Positions 31,500 to 40,029 of a stretch of 64,000 bases of DNA are shown here, one piece after another. The notes beneath the pieces were generated by a model that saw only the letters and a list, made by a program, of their open reading frames with translations, did no database searches and was not told where the DNA came from. Positions within the stretch are counted from its first letter, which is position 1; each line of letters opens with the position of its first letter. Origin of the DNA: Candidatus Marinacidobacterales bacterium (GTDB lineage: Bacteria > Acidobacteriota > Vicinamibacteria > Marinacidobacterales > SMYC01); assembly GCA_965237955.1 (NCBI GenBank), contig OZ250169.1, positions 6,496,001 through 6,560,000 of the forward strand. The letters run 5' to 3'. The position numbers and the translations under genes are program-made.

Positions 31500-32654
31500 T
31501 CACAGGGCTCCGACGAGGCGGAGAAAGTCGTCGAACAAGAATCCGGTGTCCTGGGGACCGGGACTCGCTTCGGGATGAAACTGAACGCCGAAGTGAGGCT
31601 TGTGGCGCGAACGTATGCCTTCGTTGGTTCCGTCGTTGATGTTGACGAACCACGGCTCCCAATCGCCCTCGAGGGACGACGCGTCGACCGCGTAGCCATG
31701 GTTCTGGCTGGTGATGTAGGAACGGCGGGTCATCAAGTCTTGAACGGGCTGGTTCACGCCGCGGTGTCCGTACGGCAGCTTGAACGTCTTGCCCCGAGCG
31801 GCGAGCGCCAGAATTTGGTTGCCGAGGCAGATGCCGAAGATCGGCTTGCGGTATGACGAAAGCAAGCCTCGCAGTTGATCGACAAGCGCTCCGAGGTCGC
31901 TCGGGTCGCCCGGGCCGTTCCCAACGATAACGCCGTCCGCCGCTTCGGCTTCCTTCGCAAGGTCGGCGTGCCACGGCACTCTGCGAACGCTCGCCCCGCG
32001 ATCGAGGAGCGATCGCACCATGTTGTCTTTCGCCCCGACGTCGACCAACAGGATGCGTGGCGTACCGCTGCCGTACTCGATGGCATCGTCGAGGGTCACC
32101 AGCTTGAACACTTCGTCGGACATGTCGACGGCGTCGGCGTCTTTCTTGGCCTCATCGAGAGACATCGTCGCCGGAAACAACCAACCGGCCATGGTTCCTT
32201 CCTCACGCAATCGACGGGTCAGCGTCCTGGTATCGATTCCAGTCACGCCGGGTACGGATTCCGACTCGAGCCACTCACCGAGAGAACGTTCGGCCGCGTG
32301 GTGGCTGTAGTCAGCAACGTAGTGTTGAACCACCATCCCCTGTACTTGGACGCGACTCGACTCGAAAGGCGCGTCGATGCTTCCTTCGTCCCGAGCGGCG
32401 GGAACGCCGTAGTTGCCCATTAAAGGGTAGGTGCAAACCAGAATCTGACCGCGGTAGGAGGGGTCGGTCAACGTCTCGACGTAGCCTGCCATCCCGGTGT
32501 TGAACACGACTTCGCCGACGACCGGCCGGATCGCACCGAAGGCGTCTCCGTCCATCGTCGTCCCGTCTTCGAGAACGAGTTTCACGCGGGTTGTCGCGGA
32601 CAGGCGTTGCACGGAGGACACTGTTTCGAGCGAGTTTGACCGACTTGATGCCAC
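31500..32654 (-). CDS. carA: Carbamoyl-phosphate synthase small subunit
   Basis: GEVVFNTGM, TDPSYRGQI, NGPGDP, GICLGNQ, SQNHGY, QFHPEASPGP. Confidence 0.96.
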   Translation of the reverse strand: MASSRSNSLETVSSVQRLSATTRVKLVLEDGTTMDGDAFGAIRPVVGEVVFNTGMAGYVETLTDPSYRGQILVCTYPLMGNYGVPAARDEGSIDAPFESSRVQVQGMVVQHYVADYSHHAAERSLGEWLESESVPGVTGIDTRTLTRRLREEGTMAGWLFPATMSLDEAKKDADAVDMSDEVFKLVTLDDAIEYGSGTPRILLVDVGAKDNMVRSLLDRGASVRRVPWHADLAKEAEAADGVIVGNGPGDPSDLGALVDQLRGLLSSYRKPIFGICLGNQILALAARGKTFKLPYGHRGVNQPVQDLMTRRSYITSQNHGYAVDASSLEGDWEPWFVNINDGTNEGIRSRHKPHFGVQFHPEASPGPQDTGFLFDDFLRLVGAL

Positions 32655-32723
32655 AACCTATCATATCTCGTTCTATCGTCATCGTTTGCGACTATTCGGA
32701 CGCGATGCGACAACGCGGAAACG

Positions 32724-34556
32724 ATGAACATTCTCGGTATCTCGGCCTTCTACCACGACAGCGCGGCCTGCCTCGTGCGGGACGGCGACATTGTTGAGGC
32801 TGCCCAGGAGGAGCGGTTCACCCGCAAGAAGCACGACCACGAGTTTCCAAAAAACGCCGTGGACTACTGCCTGAGCGAGGCGGGCATCGAGCCGGACGCG
32901 CTCGACATTGTTGCGTTCTACGACAAACCCCTTCTGAAGTTCGATCGCATCCTGGAAACGTATCTCGCGTATGCGCCGCGCGGCTACAAACTGTTTCTCA
33001 AAGGGCTGCCACTCTGGTTGAAGCAGAAGCTCCATACTCCGCGCGAGTTGGATAAAGGCCTCGATCACGGCTACTCGGGGCGGTACGTCTTCACCCAACA
33101 CCACGAGTCTCACGCGGCCAGTGCGTTTTTCCCCTCGCCATTCGAACGCGCCGCGATTCTGACGCTCGATGGTGTCGGGGAGTGGGCGACGGGCAGCATC
33201 GGCGTGGGTGAAGGCAATCATATCCGACTCCTCAAAGAGCTCAGGTTCCCGCACTCGCTCGGACTCCTGTACTCCGCGTTCACGTATTTTTGCGGATTTC
33301 GGGTGAATAGCGGGGAGTACAAGCTCATGGGGCTCGCACCCTACGGAGAGCCGCGGTACGCCGCTCTCATCCAAGAGAAACTCATCGACTTGAAGTCCGA
33401 TGGGTCGTTCCGCATGGACATGTCCTATTTCGGCTTCTGCTACAAAGACGTGATGACATCCGAGAAGATGGACCGGCTGTTCGGCGGACCGCGGCGATCG
33501 ATGGAAGGCCCCCTCACCCAAAGAGAAATGGACATTGCGGCATCGATTCAGCTCGTGACCGAAGAGATCATGCTTCGGGCCGCGACGTACACGCACGAGC
33601 TGACCGGCGCGAGCAAGCTGGTCATGGCAGGCGGGGTCGCGCTCAATTGTGTCGCGAACGGTAGGATTCTTCGTGAGGGGCCGTTCGAAGATATCTGGAT
33701 CCAGCCGGCGGCGGGCGACGCGGGAGGTGCTTTGGGAGCGGCGCTTTTCGTCTGGCACCAGCTCATGGACAACCCACGGCAACCGCTCACCGAGGGCGAT
33801 CATCAGAAAGGCTCTCTTCTCGGTCCCAGCTATGCGGATGACGCGGTTCGCACATTTCTCGATTCTGTAGGCGCCGAATATCACCACTACGACTCGGAGT
33901 CGGACATCGCTCGCGTGATCGCGGAGCTCATCGATACGGAGAACGTCGTCGGGCATATGGACGGCCGCATGGAGTTCGGTCCGCGGGCTCTCGGAAGCCG
34001 CTCCATCATCGGGGATGCGCGCTCGCCGAAAATGCAGGCGATGATGAATTTGAAGATCAAGTTCCGCGAGTCCTTCCGCCCGTTCGCGCCGTCGGTGCTG
34101 CGCGACGACGTCGACCAGTTTTTCGAAATGCGACCGCGCGAAGACAGCCCTTACATGTTGCTGGTCGCACCGGTTCGCGCCGACAAACGCTGCGACGTAC
34201 GCGACAACGGCGCCACAGGACTGGAAAAGCTGAAGCAGCTTCGCTCGACGATCCCCGCGATCACGCACGTCGACTACTCGGCGCGGGTGCAAACGGTGGA
34301 TGCCACGCGACACCCCAGGTTTCATCGCATTCTTCAGAGCATGAAGGAACGTACGGGCTGTCCCGTGGTGATCAACACCAGTTTCAACGTTCGCGGTGAG
34401 CCCATCGTCTGCACACCGGAGGACGCGTATCGATGTTTCATGACGACGAATATGGACGCTCTCGTCATCGGCCAGTTTCTCCTGAAAAAGGACGAACAGC
34501 CGCAAGCCGAGCGCTACGAGATCGACGAGTACCTTGCTCAGTTCCAACTCGACTAA
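32724..34556 (+). CDS. O-carbamoyltransferase (NodU/CmcH family)
   Basis: GISAFYHDSAA, HHESHAASAF, GEYKLMGLAPYG, MEFGPRALG, KFRESFRPFAP, NTSFNVRGEP. Confidence 0.95.
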   Translation: MNILGISAFYHDSAACLVRDGDIVEAAQEERFTRKKHDHEFPKNAVDYCLSEAGIEPDALDIVAFYDKPLLKFDRILETYLAYAPRGYKLFLKGLPLWLKQKLHTPRELDKGLDHGYSGRYVFTQHHESHAASAFFPSPFERAAILTLDGVGEWATGSIGVGEGNHIRLLKELRFPHSLGLLYSAFTYFCGFRVNSGEYKLMGLAPYGEPRYAALIQEKLIDLKSDGSFRMDMSYFGFCYKDVMTSEKMDRLFGGPRRSMEGPLTQREMDIAASIQLVTEEIMLRAATYTHELTGASKLVMAGGVALNCVANGRILREGPFEDIWIQPAAGDAGGALGAALFVWHQLMDNPRQPLTEGDHQKGSLLGPSYADDAVRTFLDSVGAEYHHYDSESDIARVIAELIDTENVVGHMDGRMEFGPRALGSRSIIGDARSPKMQAMMNLKIKFRESFRPFAPSVLRDDVDQFFEMRPREDSPYMLLVAPVRADKRCDVRDNGATGLEKLKQLRSTIPAITHVDYSARVQTVDATRHPRFHRILQSMKERTGCPVVINTSFNVRGEPIVCTPEDAYRCFMTTNMDALVIGQFLLKKDEQPQAERYEIDEYLAQFQLD

Positions 34557-34557
34557 A

Positions 34558-35007
34558 ATGCTCGTTCAGACGAATCTCAAACCCGACGCGAAGCAACTGA
34601 GGCAGTTCGGCTTCATCGCCCTCGGAGCATTCGCCCTAATTGGCGCCGTGGTTCTTTGGCGTGGCGGCTTGTTCGGTTCGAGCTTCGGGGAGGCGACCCA
34701 ATCCGTTGCATACGTTCTGTGGGGACTGGGAATCATTTCGGCGCTGTTCTCACTCCTGTGGCCGCCGGCCAACCGCCCACTTTTCGTCGCGCTCGTGGTC
34801 TTGACCTTTCCCATCGGTCTGGTCGTTTCGCATGTCGTGTTAGCGCTTTTTTTCTTCGGAATCTTGACTCCCGTGGCTCTTTTCTTTCGACTGATCGGTC
34901 GAGATCCTCTCGAACGCAAGTTCGACCGCGAACGAGAAAGCTACTGGACGGACTTGCCAGAAGTCCCTGAAGTCATTGACACCAAGGACTACTTTCGCCA
35001 ATTTTGA
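34558..35007 (+). CDS. SxtJ-family membrane protein
   Basis: LRQFG, three TM segments, FFGILTPVALFFRLIGRDPL, SYW...YFRQF; lies after the carbamoyltransferase. Confidence 0.8.
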   Translation: MLVQTNLKPDAKQLRQFGFIALGAFALIGAVVLWRGGLFGSSFGEATQSVAYVLWGLGIISALFSLLWPPANRPLFVALVVLTFPIGLVVSHVVLALFFFGILTPVALFFRLIGRDPLERKFDRERESYWTDLPEVPEVIDTKDYFRQF

Positions 35008-35015
35008 GGAGCATC

Positions 35016-35330
35016 ATGAAGTCGAAACAAGACGATGTCGCGGAGCTCGCTAGTCCCCTGTATCAGAACAAACTAGATGAAGCAGAGCTTGCCGAAACCC
35101 TTCTAAGTGCATGAATCTTATGGGCTGGCGAAAAGCCTAGCTTTGTATAGTAATCAAAGATCCAATGGACTAGAGCCGGCCGCACCAGCCTCGCGTCCGA
35201 ATTCTGGGATTTCTTGAAACACAACAAGAAATGGTGGCTGCTGCCGATCATCATCGTCGTCCTTGCGCTGGGTGCGCTCGTTTTTCTGAGTGGAAGCGGC
35301 GCGGCGCCGTTCATCTACACCCTCTTTTAG
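35016..35330 (+). pseudogene. DUF5989/SxtK-like small membrane protein interrupted by a MITE
   Basis: Excising 35053-35172 restores MKSKQDDVAELARAGRTSLASEFWDFLKHNKKWWLLPII...APFIYTLF*. Confidence 0.85.
35053..35170 (+). mobile_element. 118-bp non-autonomous MITE related to the IS630 in this window
   Basis: Ends GTCCCCTG.../...TAATCAAAGATCCAATGGAC resemble the IS630 ends; TA duplicated in a CTAG target. Confidence 0.85.
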
Positions 35331-35404
35331 TTGCAGACAGTCGCACCTATATGCTAGTCTGCTCTCTCCAGACATCTTTGGTGCCACCGGAGAAGGGTTG
35401 GGGT

Positions 35405-35938
35405 ATGAGCCAGCGGCAACACGAGAAGCCAGCGGCGGGTGGGCAGAATCCCAAGGCGAGTGACCGGAGGGAGTTTATCCGGCAAAGCCTCGGAGTAGCT
35501 CCACTCATGCTTACATTGGGCGGTCGCAGCAACCCCGGCGGAGCCTCCATGCATGGAACGCTGTGGAGCTCGCTTGGCACCATGTGGAAGCACAAGGGGA
35601 ATTGGTGGCGCTTCAAGAGGGATCGATGGCGCTGGAGCAAGCACTCTGGAGACCACTGGCGCGAGCGGGACGAGCCAGCTCTTCGGAAGTGGAAAGAAGA
35701 CGATTGGCGGCCTGACGATAAGGTAGTGACGACACCGAAGGACTGGGAGTGGGACAAAGCCGAAGACCGACGACAGCGAGAGCTGGCCGCGGAATCGAAA
35801 CGCCGGGATTGGGATTGGAAGCGACGTTCCGAGAATCCCACGAAGGAGCGGAGTTACGACTGGCGTCAGGACGGTGAATGGAAACGCTCGGAGGGTCTAT
35901 CGCCGCTCGACTCCGACACGAACCGCAAGAAGGATTAG
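35405..35938 (+). CDS. Tat-like-leader, Trp/charge-rich protein; candidate substrate (precursor) of the adjacent PqqD/kinase/nucleotidyltransferase
   Basis: DRREFIRQSLGVAPLMLTLGGRS followed by a tail with 15 Trp; purine-rich RBS-like sequence upstream; directly 5' of the PqqD gene. Confidence 0.65.
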   Translation: MSQRQHEKPAAGGQNPKASDRREFIRQSLGVAPLMLTLGGRSNPGGASMHGTLWSSLGTMWKHKGNWWRFKRDRWRWSKHSGDHWRERDEPALRKWKEDDWRPDDKVVTTPKDWEWDKAEDRRQRELAAESKRRDWDWKRRSENPTKERSYDWRQDGEWKRSEGLSPLDSDTNRKKD

Positions 35939-36228
35939 CAGGTTCGGGCACTAGCTGGACGGTCCCACCCACCAACGCCTTGAAGTGGCGGCATTGGGGC
36001 GACAGCTTCCTAGTCTTCAACCCCGCGTCGGGCGACACGCACTTTTTGAACGGCCTTGCCGGAGCCATCCTGAAGTTCCTGGAGGCCGGACCCGCCACGA
36101 TCGAGGAGACCCTGCATCACCTCGAGGAGGTCTCCGGAAAACCCCTCGATGGAGAGCTCACTGAGCAAATCGGCCGTCTCGTCGAGCAGTTCGATGCCGT
36201 TGGGTTGATCGAGCCTACGCGCCCTTGA
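35878..36228 (+). CDS. PqqD/RRE-family peptide chaperone (HPr-rel-A system type)
   Basis: WRHWGDSFLVFNPASGDTHFLNGLAGAILKFL...GLIEP; start uncertain. Confidence 0.82.
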   Translation: METLGGSIAARLRHEPQEGLAGSGTSWTVPPTNALKWRHWGDSFLVFNPASGDTHFLNGLAGAILKFLEAGPATIEETLHHLEEVSGKPLDGELTEQIGRLVEQFDAVGLIEPTRP

Positions 36229-37136
36229 GAATCGCCGAGCTCTCTCGAAACGACCTGGGTGAGAGGCTCGCGGGTCCCGGCATTCGGCTCCGCATCGGAC
36301 CATTCTCAACCCATCTGCAAACGGGTCTGCCGCGCGTGGTCGCGAGCCTTCAGCTCCTGTATTCGGACTTCTCCCTGGAGGACAGCGAGGGCGTTGCTGA
36401 TTTTCACGCGCGCCTGACGAGACCCTGGGGCTCGAGGCGTTGGTTGCGGCCCAAAGTCTTCTTCCATGTCGAGGGGAAGAATTTGTTCGAGCCATTTCCT
36501 CTCGCGCTTGCGCCGCCTCTTTTCGAATGGGGGCTCAATTGGTGCATCTCCTCGCGAGCGCACCAGTTCCTGATTCTTCACTCGGCGGTCGTCGAACGGG
36601 ACGGCCGCGCGCTGCTCTTGCCGGCACATCCGGGCTCCGGCAAGAGCACGCTTTCAGCCGCACTCGTTCATCGAGGGTATCGTCTGCTTTCCGACGAGCA
36701 CGTGTTGTTGCGTCCCGAGGACGGGCTCGTCGTCCCCGTGCCCAGACCGATTGCGCTCAAGAACGCCTCCATCCCGCTCATCCGGAAACTGGCGCCTGAA
36801 TTTGTGCTGGGCCCGTCCTACAACGACGTCCGCAAAGGCATCGTGACCCACGTGCGACCGCCGCTGGATAGCGTCGCTCGGGCGAGCGAGACCGCATTAC
36901 CGGGCGCAGTCGTTTTTCCTCGCTTCGAGGCAGCGAGTCCGACGCGACTCGAACCGGCTGACAAAGCGGAAGCGATGATGGAGCTCGTCGACAACAGCGT
37001 CAACTACGGCCTTTGGGGCGCCCACGGCTTCGAAACTCTAGCGAACCTCGTCGACACGACTCCGTGCTACTTCTTCGAGCATAGCGACCTCGACGAAGCG
37101 TTGGACACGCTCGAGGGCATCGAGACCCGGTCATGA
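36225..37136 (+). CDS. HprK-related kinase A
   Basis: FEWGLNWCI, LHSAVV, Walker A PGSGKSTL, LLSDE, PRPIALKN, NSVNY. Confidence 0.88.
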   Translation: MRIAELSRNDLGERLAGPGIRLRIGPFSTHLQTGLPRVVASLQLLYSDFSLEDSEGVADFHARLTRPWGSRRWLRPKVFFHVEGKNLFEPFPLALAPPLFEWGLNWCISSRAHQFLILHSAVVERDGRALLLPAHPGSGKSTLSAALVHRGYRLLSDEHVLLRPEDGLVVPVPRPIALKNASIPLIRKLAPEFVLGPSYNDVRKGIVTHVRPPLDSVARASETALPGAVVFPRFEAASPTRLEPADKAEAMMELVDNSVNYGLWGAHGFETLANLVDTTPCYFFEHSDLDEALDTLEGIETRS

Positions 37137-38209
37137 TTGTCATGCAAGACCGCAGTCAGCTTCTCGACGTCGTGACGCACCATCGGGACCCCACGAGCCT
37201 CGACCTTCCCCAGTGGGACTCCTTGCTGGTCGAAGCACGCAACGCCTGGATTTTGGCGAGTTTGGGTTTTCGCTTCGAGAAACTCGGTTGGTTGGAGCGG
37301 CTGCCTGCCGACGTTCTCAGCCAGATCCAGACCGAGTGCGCCATCGCCGTAGAGAACCAACGTTCTCTCCGCTGGGAGGTCAATCGTATCCAGCGTGCTC
37401 TCGCGGAGCTCGACGTTCCGGTCATCTTGCTCAAGGGAGCGGCGTACATCTTTGCCGGTCTCCCCCCGGCTCCGGGACGCGTCGCTACCGACGTCGACAT
37501 CCTCGTACCGAAGGAACGGCTCGCGGATGTCGAACACGCTCTGATGGAAGGAGGGTGGGAGACGATGAAGCTCGACGCCTACGATCAGCGCTACTACCGG
37601 ACGTGGATGCACGAGTTGCCCCCGCTTTGCCATCGGGATCGGGACGTCGTCGTCGACGTGCACCACAACATCCTGCCGAAAACCGGTCGCCTTCATCCGG
37701 ATCCGCGTGAGCTCGTCAAATCCTCCACGTCCGTGGACGGCGAGCGTCTAAGGGTTCTCGCTCCCGACGACATGGTGCTGCACAGCGCCGCACACTTGTT
37801 TCAGGACGGCGAGCTCAACGGCGGTCTGCGCGATCTTCTCGACCTCGATAGCTTGTTTCGACATTTTGGGGCCGATGAGAGTTTTTGGGGCGGGTTGCTA
37901 TCGCGAGCTCAGAGTATGGATCTCGAGAGGCCGCTCTTCTACGCGCTGCGGTACTGTGAACAGTGGCTCGGCACGCCCGTGCCCGATACCTCGACTTTGA
38001 AACGGCCACGAGCACCCGCTCTTGCGATCATGGATGCTTTGACGCGCCGTGCCGTGATGCCAGACGGCTGGGAGCCCCACTCTCTACGAACGCAATTGGC
38101 CCGGTGGCTCCTTTACGTCCGCTCCCACTGGCTTCGCATGCCGCCCGTTTTGCTGACGCGCCACCTCCTGAGGAAAGCCTGGGCCCGAACCCGCTTGCAA
38201 AGTTCTTGA
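37133..38209 (+). CDS. Nucleotidyltransferase (NTP_transf_5-like)
   Basis: VILLKGAAY, GRVATDVDILV, YYRTWMHELPP, DVHHNI, LRDLLD. Confidence 0.88.
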   Translation: MIVMQDRSQLLDVVTHHRDPTSLDLPQWDSLLVEARNAWILASLGFRFEKLGWLERLPADVLSQIQTECAIAVENQRSLRWEVNRIQRALAELDVPVILLKGAAYIFAGLPPAPGRVATDVDILVPKERLADVEHALMEGGWETMKLDAYDQRYYRTWMHELPPLCHRDRDVVVDVHHNILPKTGRLHPDPRELVKSSTSVDGERLRVLAPDDMVLHSAAHLFQDGELNGGLRDLLDLDSLFRHFGADESFWGGLLSRAQSMDLERPLFYALRYCEQWLGTPVPDTSTLKRPRAPALAIMDALTRRAVMPDGWEPHSLRTQLARWLLYVRSHWLRMPPVLLTRHLLRKAWARTRLQSS

Positions 38210-38234
38210 CTTCACATCCGAGACCTGATACAAA
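38206..38234 (+). promoter_or_regulatory. sigma70-type promoter
   Basis: TTGACT-17 bp-TACAAA with an extended -10 TG; followed by a leader similar to 305-334. Confidence 0.55.
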
Positions 38235-38494
38235 ACTCACTATCCCTTCACCCAACCAGGGGAAATTTCGTAGCAGGCGCTGTATGTGGCTGCTTGAGTA
38301 CGTGTGACTAATCGGGGGATTGCCACACTTCACTGACCCGGGCCGGGGGTTAGTGGCGAGAGATGAAATCGGTCGCATCTCTCGCCCGCTGGAGCTTGTT
38401 CCGGCGGACCCGGTTATCCCGACCCAAAAACTTAGGGACTTATACCTATGGCTTGACACGCGCCCGCCGCTTCCGGTGGGCGGCGAGGCTGGAT

Positions 38495-38511
38495 TTGGCA
38501 TGGCGCTTGCG
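38495..38511 (+). promoter_or_regulatory. Candidate sigma54 (-24/-12) promoter upstream of the priming sugar transferase
   Basis: TTGGCATGGCGCTTGCG has GG-N10-GC spacing; the locus encodes the sigma54 activator PrsR. Confidence 0.5.
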
Positions 38512-38800
38512 CTTGCGCTTCCGCTCGTCGTCACCGTCCTGCGGCTTAGGTTTGATTTTTTTGGTGCGTGGTAGCGGGCGTTTTTCTAAGCAAGTCATTT
38601 ATTTACAACTGCTTAGGTACGAGGTGTGGATCGTAATAAGTCATCGTGTCTCCCGTTGGGAGACAGCCGGACGAGCCCGGCCTCGGTGAGTTCGGGCGCT
38701 GTGGGCTGCGCCAGCAGCCCAGCCATGTAGCGGCGGCGGATTTCCCTGTTTCCTAGCGGCTTCCGTGTTCCACTATCGCCCTTATGGGGTTGTCAAGCTA

Positions 38801-39983
38801 GTCCCATGGAACAGAAAAAGATAGACAACACCGGCCCTTCTGTGATCTGCTAAATGCATGAAACACAAGGGCCGGCGAAAAGCCGAATTGAAGCTGTCGT
38901 CTCAAGAAAGCGAAGCGCTGACGCGACTGGCGCGACGCAGCCGTAGTTCGCCGCACCAAGCCTTCCGAGCGAAGATCGTGCTGGATTGCGCGGCGGGTCT
39001 GACGAATATGGAAGTTGCTAGGAAGATGCACACCATGAGGAGCACGGTGGGCAAGTGGCGAAGACGCTTTGTAGAACAACGAATGGAAGGGTTGTACGAC
39101 GAACCTCGGCCGGGAGCGGCTCGCAAAATCGGCGATGACCAGATCGAGGAAGTCGTGACCAAGACGCTGGAGACGACTCCAAAGGGGAGAACCCATTGGA
39201 GTACGCGCTCGATGGCCAAGCATCTTGGGCTGAGTCATTCGACGATTGGACGTATTTGGCGAACGTTCGGGCTTCAACCGCACCGCTCGGAATCGTTTCG
39301 TCTCTCGCAAGACCCACAACTGGTCGAAAAAGTACGCGACGTTGTTGGCCTGTATATGAACCCACCGGATAACGCGGTCGTCCTGTGCGTCGACGAGAAA
39401 TCGCAGATTCAAGCGCTCGAGCGTGCTCAACCTGTCCTGCCCATGAGCTTGGGCCAGCCCGAGCGACAAACCCACGACTACATTCGGCATGGAACGACTG
39501 ACCTGTTTGCCGCACTCGACGCCGCAACAGGTGAAGTCTTCGGAAAGTGCTACGCGCGACATCGAGCGCTAGAGTTCAAGAAGTTCCTCGCTGAGATCGA
39601 AGCAGCCGTTCCCAGCGAGTTGGACATCCACGTCGTGCTCGACAATCTCGCCACGCACAAGACACCGGCGATCAAACGCTGGCTTTCCAAGCGACCTCGG
39701 TTCCACTTTCACTTCACACCGACACACGCCTCTTGGCTCAACTTCGCTGAGCGCTTCTTTGGCTTGCTCACCGAACACGCCTTGCGACGAGGCTCGCACA
39801 CGAGCGTGCCTCAGCTCCGCGTTGCGATACAAGACTATCTCGATGCTCACAACGAGAACCCAAAGCCGTTCAAGTGGACGAAATCCGCCGACCAAATCCT
39901 CGAAACCATCGCTCGGTTCGCCCAGCGAACGCTCGATACACATGGCAAATCGAATTTGGACAGTAATTAAAGATCCAGGGGAC
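38801..39983 (+). mobile_element. IS630-family element, copy 2 (1183 bp)
   Basis: Near-identical to copy 1; TA duplicated at 38799-800 and 39984-85 in CTAG. Confidence 0.95.
38858..39970 (+). CDS. IS630 transposase
   Basis: 370 aa; one residue different from copy 1 (D/G near the C-terminus). Confidence 0.95.
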   Translation: MKHKGRRKAELKLSSQESEALTRLARRSRSSPHQAFRAKIVLDCAAGLTNMEVARKMHTMRSTVGKWRRRFVEQRMEGLYDEPRPGAARKIGDDQIEEVVTKTLETTPKGRTHWSTRSMAKHLGLSHSTIGRIWRTFGLQPHRSESFRLSQDPQLVEKVRDVVGLYMNPPDNAVVLCVDEKSQIQALERAQPVLPMSLGQPERQTHDYIRHGTTDLFAALDAATGEVFGKCYARHRALEFKKFLAEIEAAVPSELDIHVVLDNLATHKTPAIKRWLSKRPRFHFHFTPTHASWLNFAERFFGLLTEHALRRGSHTSVPQLRVAIQDYLDAHNENPKPFKWTKSADQILETIARFAQRTLDTHGKSNLDSN

Positions 39984-40029
39984 TAGAGGTATAAGTCCCA
40001 AAACTTAATAGTTTTGTATCTAGGGTAAA

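Noticed and set aside
32679-34547. 622-aa ORF on the - strand
   Set aside because: Antisense shadow of the carbamoyltransferase with no motifs; long shadow ORFs are common at this GC content
32724-35330. Saxitoxin gene cluster (sxtI/J/K-like trio)
   Set aside because: The trio is widespread outside saxitoxin producers, and no sxtA or other core genes are present
35405-38209. Lasso peptide cluster using a nearby AsnB as the cyclase
   Set aside because: No B2 transglutaminase-like peptidase, no YxxP leader, and the AsnB genes are far away in glycan operons
38446-38598. 50-aa very basic ORF on the - strand (MTCLEKR...RKRKRKRH...)
   Set aside because: No RBS; it overlaps the sigma54-like promoter, and its basic run comes from a GCGCTT microrepeat. 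Cannot be supported as a gene.
38640-38775. Possible c-di-GMP riboswitch or sRNA (GGAAACAGGGAA on the - strand, GC hairpins)
   Set aside because: Lacks the remaining conserved riboswitch nucleotides I would expect; needs an Rfam scan
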